Assembly: GCA_016839705.1 (NCBI GenBank)
Contig: JAEOTR010000019.1
Span: forward strand, 1 to 64,000
Reading direction: 5' to 3'
Length of the DNA stretch: 64,000 nucleotides
Origin: Promethearchaeota archaeon
Lineage (GTDB): Archaea > Asgardarchaeota > Lokiarchaeia > Sigyniarchaeales > SOKP01
A program made the position numbers and the translations under genes. Numbering within the stretch: position 1 is the first letter of the stretch; each line of letters begins with the position of its first letter. Under the pieces are notes generated by a model that searched no databases, was not told where the DNA came from, and saw only the letters and a program-made list of their open reading frames with translations. Positions 60,549 to 64,000 of this stretch are shown here, piece after piece.

Positions 60549-61373
60549 ATGGATTTAAACATTAATTCCACACAAAAATTGAATAATGGAGTAGATATTC
60601 CGTGTTTAGGCTTAGGAACTTGGGATCTTAGAGGTAGAGAAGCATATAAAGCAGTTTTATGGTCATTAGATCTAGGATATCGGTTAATTGATACTGCCAC
60701 ACTTTATGGAAATGAAAATGAAATTGGAGAAGCTTTGAAAGATACAAATATTCCTCGAGAAGAGATTTTTTTGACAACTAAAGTTTGGAATACCGATCAA
60801 GGTTATAATAACACATTAAATGCTTTTGAAAAGAGCTTAAAACGATTAAAAGTAGATTATATCGATCTCTATCTTATTCATTGGCCAGTTAGCGGTTTAA
60901 GAAATGATACATGGAAAGCGTTAGAAAAAATATATGAAGGTGGGAAGGCTCGTTCTGTGGGTGTGAGTAATTTTACTTCACAACATTTAAAAGAATTACT
61001 TGAATCTTCAGAGACAACTCCGGCCGTTAATCAAATCGAGTTTTCCCCATTTTTATTTCAAAAAGAATTAATGGATTATTGTAAAGCTAATAAAATTGTC
61101 GTAGAAGCTTATACCCCACTAACCCGAGGACGAAGATTTGGAAATATAATAGTAAAAGGTCTTGCTCAAAAGCATAAAAAGACTCCCGCTCAAATCTTAA
61201 TTCGATGGGGACTACAACATGAAATCATCGAAATACCAAAATCAGGAAATAAACAACATCTCCGAGAGAATGCTGAAGTTTTTGATTTTACTTTAGACTT
61301 AGAAGAGATGTCGCAACTTGATGAATTGAATGAAAACTATAGATTAGTTGATGACCCTCACTTGATTGACTAA
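60549..61373 (+). CDS. Aldo/keto reductase
   Basis: GLGTW, IDTA..YGNE, DLYLIHWP, GVSNF, IPKS. Confidence 0.95.
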   Translation: MDLNINSTQKLNNGVDIPCLGLGTWDLRGREAYKAVLWSLDLGYRLIDTATLYGNENEIGEALKDTNIPREEIFLTTKVWNTDQGYNNTLNAFEKSLKRLKVDYIDLYLIHWPVSGLRNDTWKALEKIYEGGKARSVGVSNFTSQHLKELLESSETTPAVNQIEFSPFLFQKELMDYCKANKIVVEAYTPLTRGRRFGNIIVKGLAQKHKKTPAQILIRWGLQHEIIEIPKSGNKQHLRENAEVFDFTLDLEEMSQLDELNENYRLVDDPHLID

Positions 61374-61376
61374 AAA

Positions 61377-62234
61377 TTAAGACAAGGCTAATGCTAAAAG
61401 AAATGCACCATGAATTTCTGAAATTTCACCAACCCGAGAAGTATCAATAATTACATTTTTTAATCCCATATAAATAGCTCCGTAAGCCTTTCCCCCTCCT
61501 AAATGTACCAGTGTTCTATAAATTAAATTCCCTGAGATTCCATCAGGAGCAAGGATTAAGTTAGATTTATTCAACACAGCATCCTCAATTAGTATTTCAT
61601 GATGCTTTATCGATAAATCAGGGTACTTAGTCTTCATTATTTCCACAATCTTCTCACTCTCTCTAATGGATTTATCGATTCTGTCGTCTCTTCCTATGTC
61701 ACCCCGCCTACCGCCACTTAATATACTTATTTTTGGTTTAACGTTTAACAATTCAAATTGTTTTAGTGATTGTTCAATAAATTCGAGTTTATCCACCAAA
61801 TTATTACATTCGTCAATACCTACAGGGCCATAAAAGAATTGGTGCCCATTTACTGTTTCTAATAATGCTAATCGATTTATTTTTTTAGTATTTAAGAATT
61901 TTCTAAGATTTGTTAGGAATTTGTTTGAACTTAAAGAACCTCTAATAATTGCATTTATTGCCTTCTTATCTAGATATTCAAAGATCTCTTTTTCTGCTTT
62001 TTCACTTTCGACAAAATTAATATTTAACTTTTGATTCTCAGAGGAAAAATATTTTTCAATACTCAGTATAGCGTGTTTTTTACCAAAGATAAATATCTTT
62101 AATTCTTTTTCTCCTAAAAAATCAATACATGCTTTTAAGATCTTTGTATTATGTAATTCCGATGTACCCAATCCTATTCCTATTTCTACCCTTTTTCCTT
62201 TTGACAATAATTCAAACTTTTGGATCAAACTCAT
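61377..62234 (-). CDS. mtxX: MtxX / methanogenesis marker protein 4
   Basis: IRGSLSS, PVGIDE, LSGGR..D.GR, APDGISGNLIYRTL, IDTSR. Confidence 0.85.
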   Translation of the reverse strand: MSLIQKFELLSKGKRVEIGIGLGTSELHNTKILKACIDFLGEKELKIFIFGKKHAILSIEKYFSSENQKLNINFVESEKAEKEIFEYLDKKAINAIIRGSLSSNKFLTNLRKFLNTKKINRLALLETVNGHQFFYGPVGIDECNNLVDKLEFIEQSLKQFELLNVKPKISILSGGRRGDIGRDDRIDKSIRESEKIVEIMKTKYPDLSIKHHEILIEDAVLNKSNLILAPDGISGNLIYRTLVHLGGGKAYGAIYMGLKNVIIDTSRVGEISEIHGAFLLALALS

Positions 62235-63331
62235 TATACCATCCCATAAAGTAAGTAAGTCATCACTATTGCTAACACATCATAAACACCATGAGTTATC
62301 ATAACAGCGATTAAATTTTCATTTCTCCAATTATATAGCCAACCTAACATCAATGAAATTGCAAAATAAGGTGTAAATGACAAAAAAAATGATATTATGA
62401 AGAGATAAGGTGATTCTAAAGCGAGAAGAAAAATACCTACTAGATGAATCAATGAAAATATAATGGCTGATGTGATTAACCCCCATCGTTTCCCCAAGCT
62501 TCTGACTAATCCTTTTTGCATAAATCCTCTAAATAAGATTTCTTCAGAAGTACCAATTACTAAAATTACAACAACGGAAAACACAATCAAACTAGGTATA
62601 TCTGGGGGAAGTATTTCACCTGTTAAACCAGTAGTATCATGAATTACGTTAATCCCTAAAAAAAATTCTAAAATTAATTCAATTACAACCGATGTAAAAG
62701 TAACTACAAATACTCCAATTAGAGCAAAACCTAATCCAATTAAAATTTCTTTATAGATTCTTTTTCTATCATAATTTTTCGTAGTAAATCCTAGTAGTAT
62801 TAATCTATTTTTTAGGGACGGATTCTTGAGATACTTACGTACATAGAAAATGGGGATAATAAAAAAAACTAACTCAAAAAGTGAAATTATTGAAATGAGG
62901 TAAGAGTTTGACACAAAATCAAGAAGTAGAGTTAAATCGTTCGATAAGAACATTATTAGTGAAAGAAATCCTCCAACTAAACCATTCATTATTAGCAGAG
63001 CTATCACAGGTAATCCAATTGATGCCGTGGTTCCCCAAAGTTTATGATCTTTATTATCAATTAAATTCTCATCAGAAAGTAATTCGGGTCCGTAATAGAT
63101 AGGAGGAGTATCATACAGAGAATATTGTGTTGGCGATTTATATGGATTAGAAGTATATCGCGGTTTCAACTTCTTATAATCTTTAATATATTGAATATCT
63201 GTTCCACAAACAGTACAAAATTTAAGGTTTTGAATATTTTGTAGCTTATTCCCACATATAGGACAAAATTTCCAATCTGAAGTAGGGAAATCTTGATCTC
63301 TGTCTGTCTTAGGAACTTCTTTATTATTCAT
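62234..63331 (-). CDS. Zinc ribbon + CPBP intramembrane protease
   Basis: CPICG..CTVCG; EEILFRG, FSLIH, HGVYD. Confidence 0.88.
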   Translation of the reverse strand: MNNKEVPKTDRDQDFPTSDWKFCPICGNKLQNIQNLKFCTVCGTDIQYIKDYKKLKPRYTSNPYKSPTQYSLYDTPPIYYGPELLSDENLIDNKDHKLWGTTASIGLPVIALLIMNGLVGGFLSLIMFLSNDLTLLLDFVSNSYLISIISLFELVFFIIPIFYVRKYLKNPSLKNRLILLGFTTKNYDRKRIYKEILIGLGFALIGVFVVTFTSVVIELILEFFLGINVIHDTTGLTGEILPPDIPSLIVFSVVVILVIGTSEEILFRGFMQKGLVRSLGKRWGLITSAIIFSLIHLVGIFLLALESPYLFIISFFLSFTPYFAISLMLGWLYNWRNENLIAVMITHGVYDVLAIVMTYLLYGMV

Positions 63332-63415
63332 TCTTAAGATAAAAGAAGTAATCTAATTAAAAAAAGTTTACATTTCAAATTAAATTGAAGCACTTACAGT
63401 TGAATCCTAAATTGA

Positions 63416-64000
63416 TTATACAAAATTTCTGGTAAATTTTAAAATAGGGTTAGCATGAAGTTCATTTTGATGAAATTCTTTATAGAATATAGGATGATAT
63501 ATGGATTTTTTACTTTCTTTTACTTCTAATTTGAATTTTATTGAAGGCATCCAAAAAGTTTTATTAAAATGTTGGTATTCAATCATTACCAATGAAAGAA
63601 ACATGCCCTTCTGTTTTGGATTAATTCTTGTCTTAACCTTTTTTGTTTCATTTGCTTTCAACTTTTTAATACTTGTAAACCCTAATTTATTCTGCAAAGC
63701 TTCTGGCATAAAGAAGTAAATCATAATATTCTTAATATCAACTGAATTAGGATTTTCAATTATAAGCGTTACTACTTCAGGATTATTTAGTTTTAATGTT
63801 TGTTTTGGTATTTCGATATCGATAAAAAGAGGATAAGGTAGTATTTCCTCATTTAATGTAAAGCTTAAATCTATTAGTTTTTGAAGATTTGGTTTTATCT
63901 CTGATATAAATTTATTACGTTGTTCTCTTAGTGATAAATCATTTTTACTTCTCAAAACTTCGAAATCCTTTAGCATCCTAATTATATACTTTGAGATATA
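63416..64000 (-). CDS. C-terminal part of a protein ending in an Ig-like (CARDB/GAE-like) domain, truncated by window edge
   Basis: Frame stays open beyond ATG 63976 to the window end (YISKYIIR-M); VTLIIENP..L.ANETK.V...I.P...G pattern. Confidence 0.6.
   Translation of the reverse strand, partial: YISKYIIRMLKDFEVLRSKNDLSLREQRNKFISEIKPNLQKLIDLSFTLNEEILPYPLFIDIEIPKQTLKLNNPEVVTLIIENPNSVDIKNIMIYFFMPEALQNKLGFTSIKKLKANETKKVKTRINPKQKGMFLSLVMIEYQHFNKTFWMPSIKFKLEVKESKKSIYHPIFYKEFHQNELHANPILKFTRNFV

Noticed and set aside
14855-63331. Eukaryote-like CAAX prenylation pathway (GTPases, prenyltransferase-like protein, two CPBP proteases)
   Set aside because: Neither GTPase ends in a Cys motif, the genes are unlinked, and CPBP proteases are widespread in prokaryotes.
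1875-63719. Short overlapping ORFs in the track (e.g. 1875..2075, 2197..2592, 7955..8290, 17380..17745, 23638..24033, 50406..50630)
   Set aside because: Antisense or alternate-frame shadows of well-supported genes with no motifs of their own.

Overview
Low-GC archaeal chromosome segment, very probably Lokiarchaeia/Promethearchaeota (Asgard), inferred from a longin-fused Arf-like GTPase, a Rag-family GTPase, uDENN/longin proteins, an HMf-type histone, rps8e-hypA-srp19, proteasome beta, ftr and intron-containing tRNAs. Bases 1-4.3 kb look like part of an integrated element: tyrosine recombinase C-terminus, small wHTH and zinc-ribbon genes, an acidic/repeat/polyproline protein and a tandem-HNH nuclease, ending just before a tRNA-His with two introns. 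The best candidate for a new system is at 13.1-16.9 kb: a uDENN/longin-PAS-GAF-PAS sensor with no kinase output sits convergent on a Rag-like GTPase and a longin-Arf-like GTPase, suggesting a signal-regulated GTPase switch reminiscent of Rag/GATOR1/FLCN. The middle is anaerobic metabolism (ADP-forming acyl-CoA ligase, two GlcD-HdrD pairs, a 2-hydroxyacyl-CoA dehydratase operon with duplicated alpha subunit, ACS-beta-like protein plus CooC). Other oddities: a legumain/GPI8-like C13 protease next to a C-terminally anchored Ig protein, a 1470-aa prenyltransferase-repeat/winged-helix/coiled-coil membrane protein, an adaptin/BBSome-appendage-like protein, tRNA-Pro with a variable-loop insertion, probable ATT start codons and an uncharacterised tandem paralog pair. 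All calls come from motif reading by eye; no searches were run.
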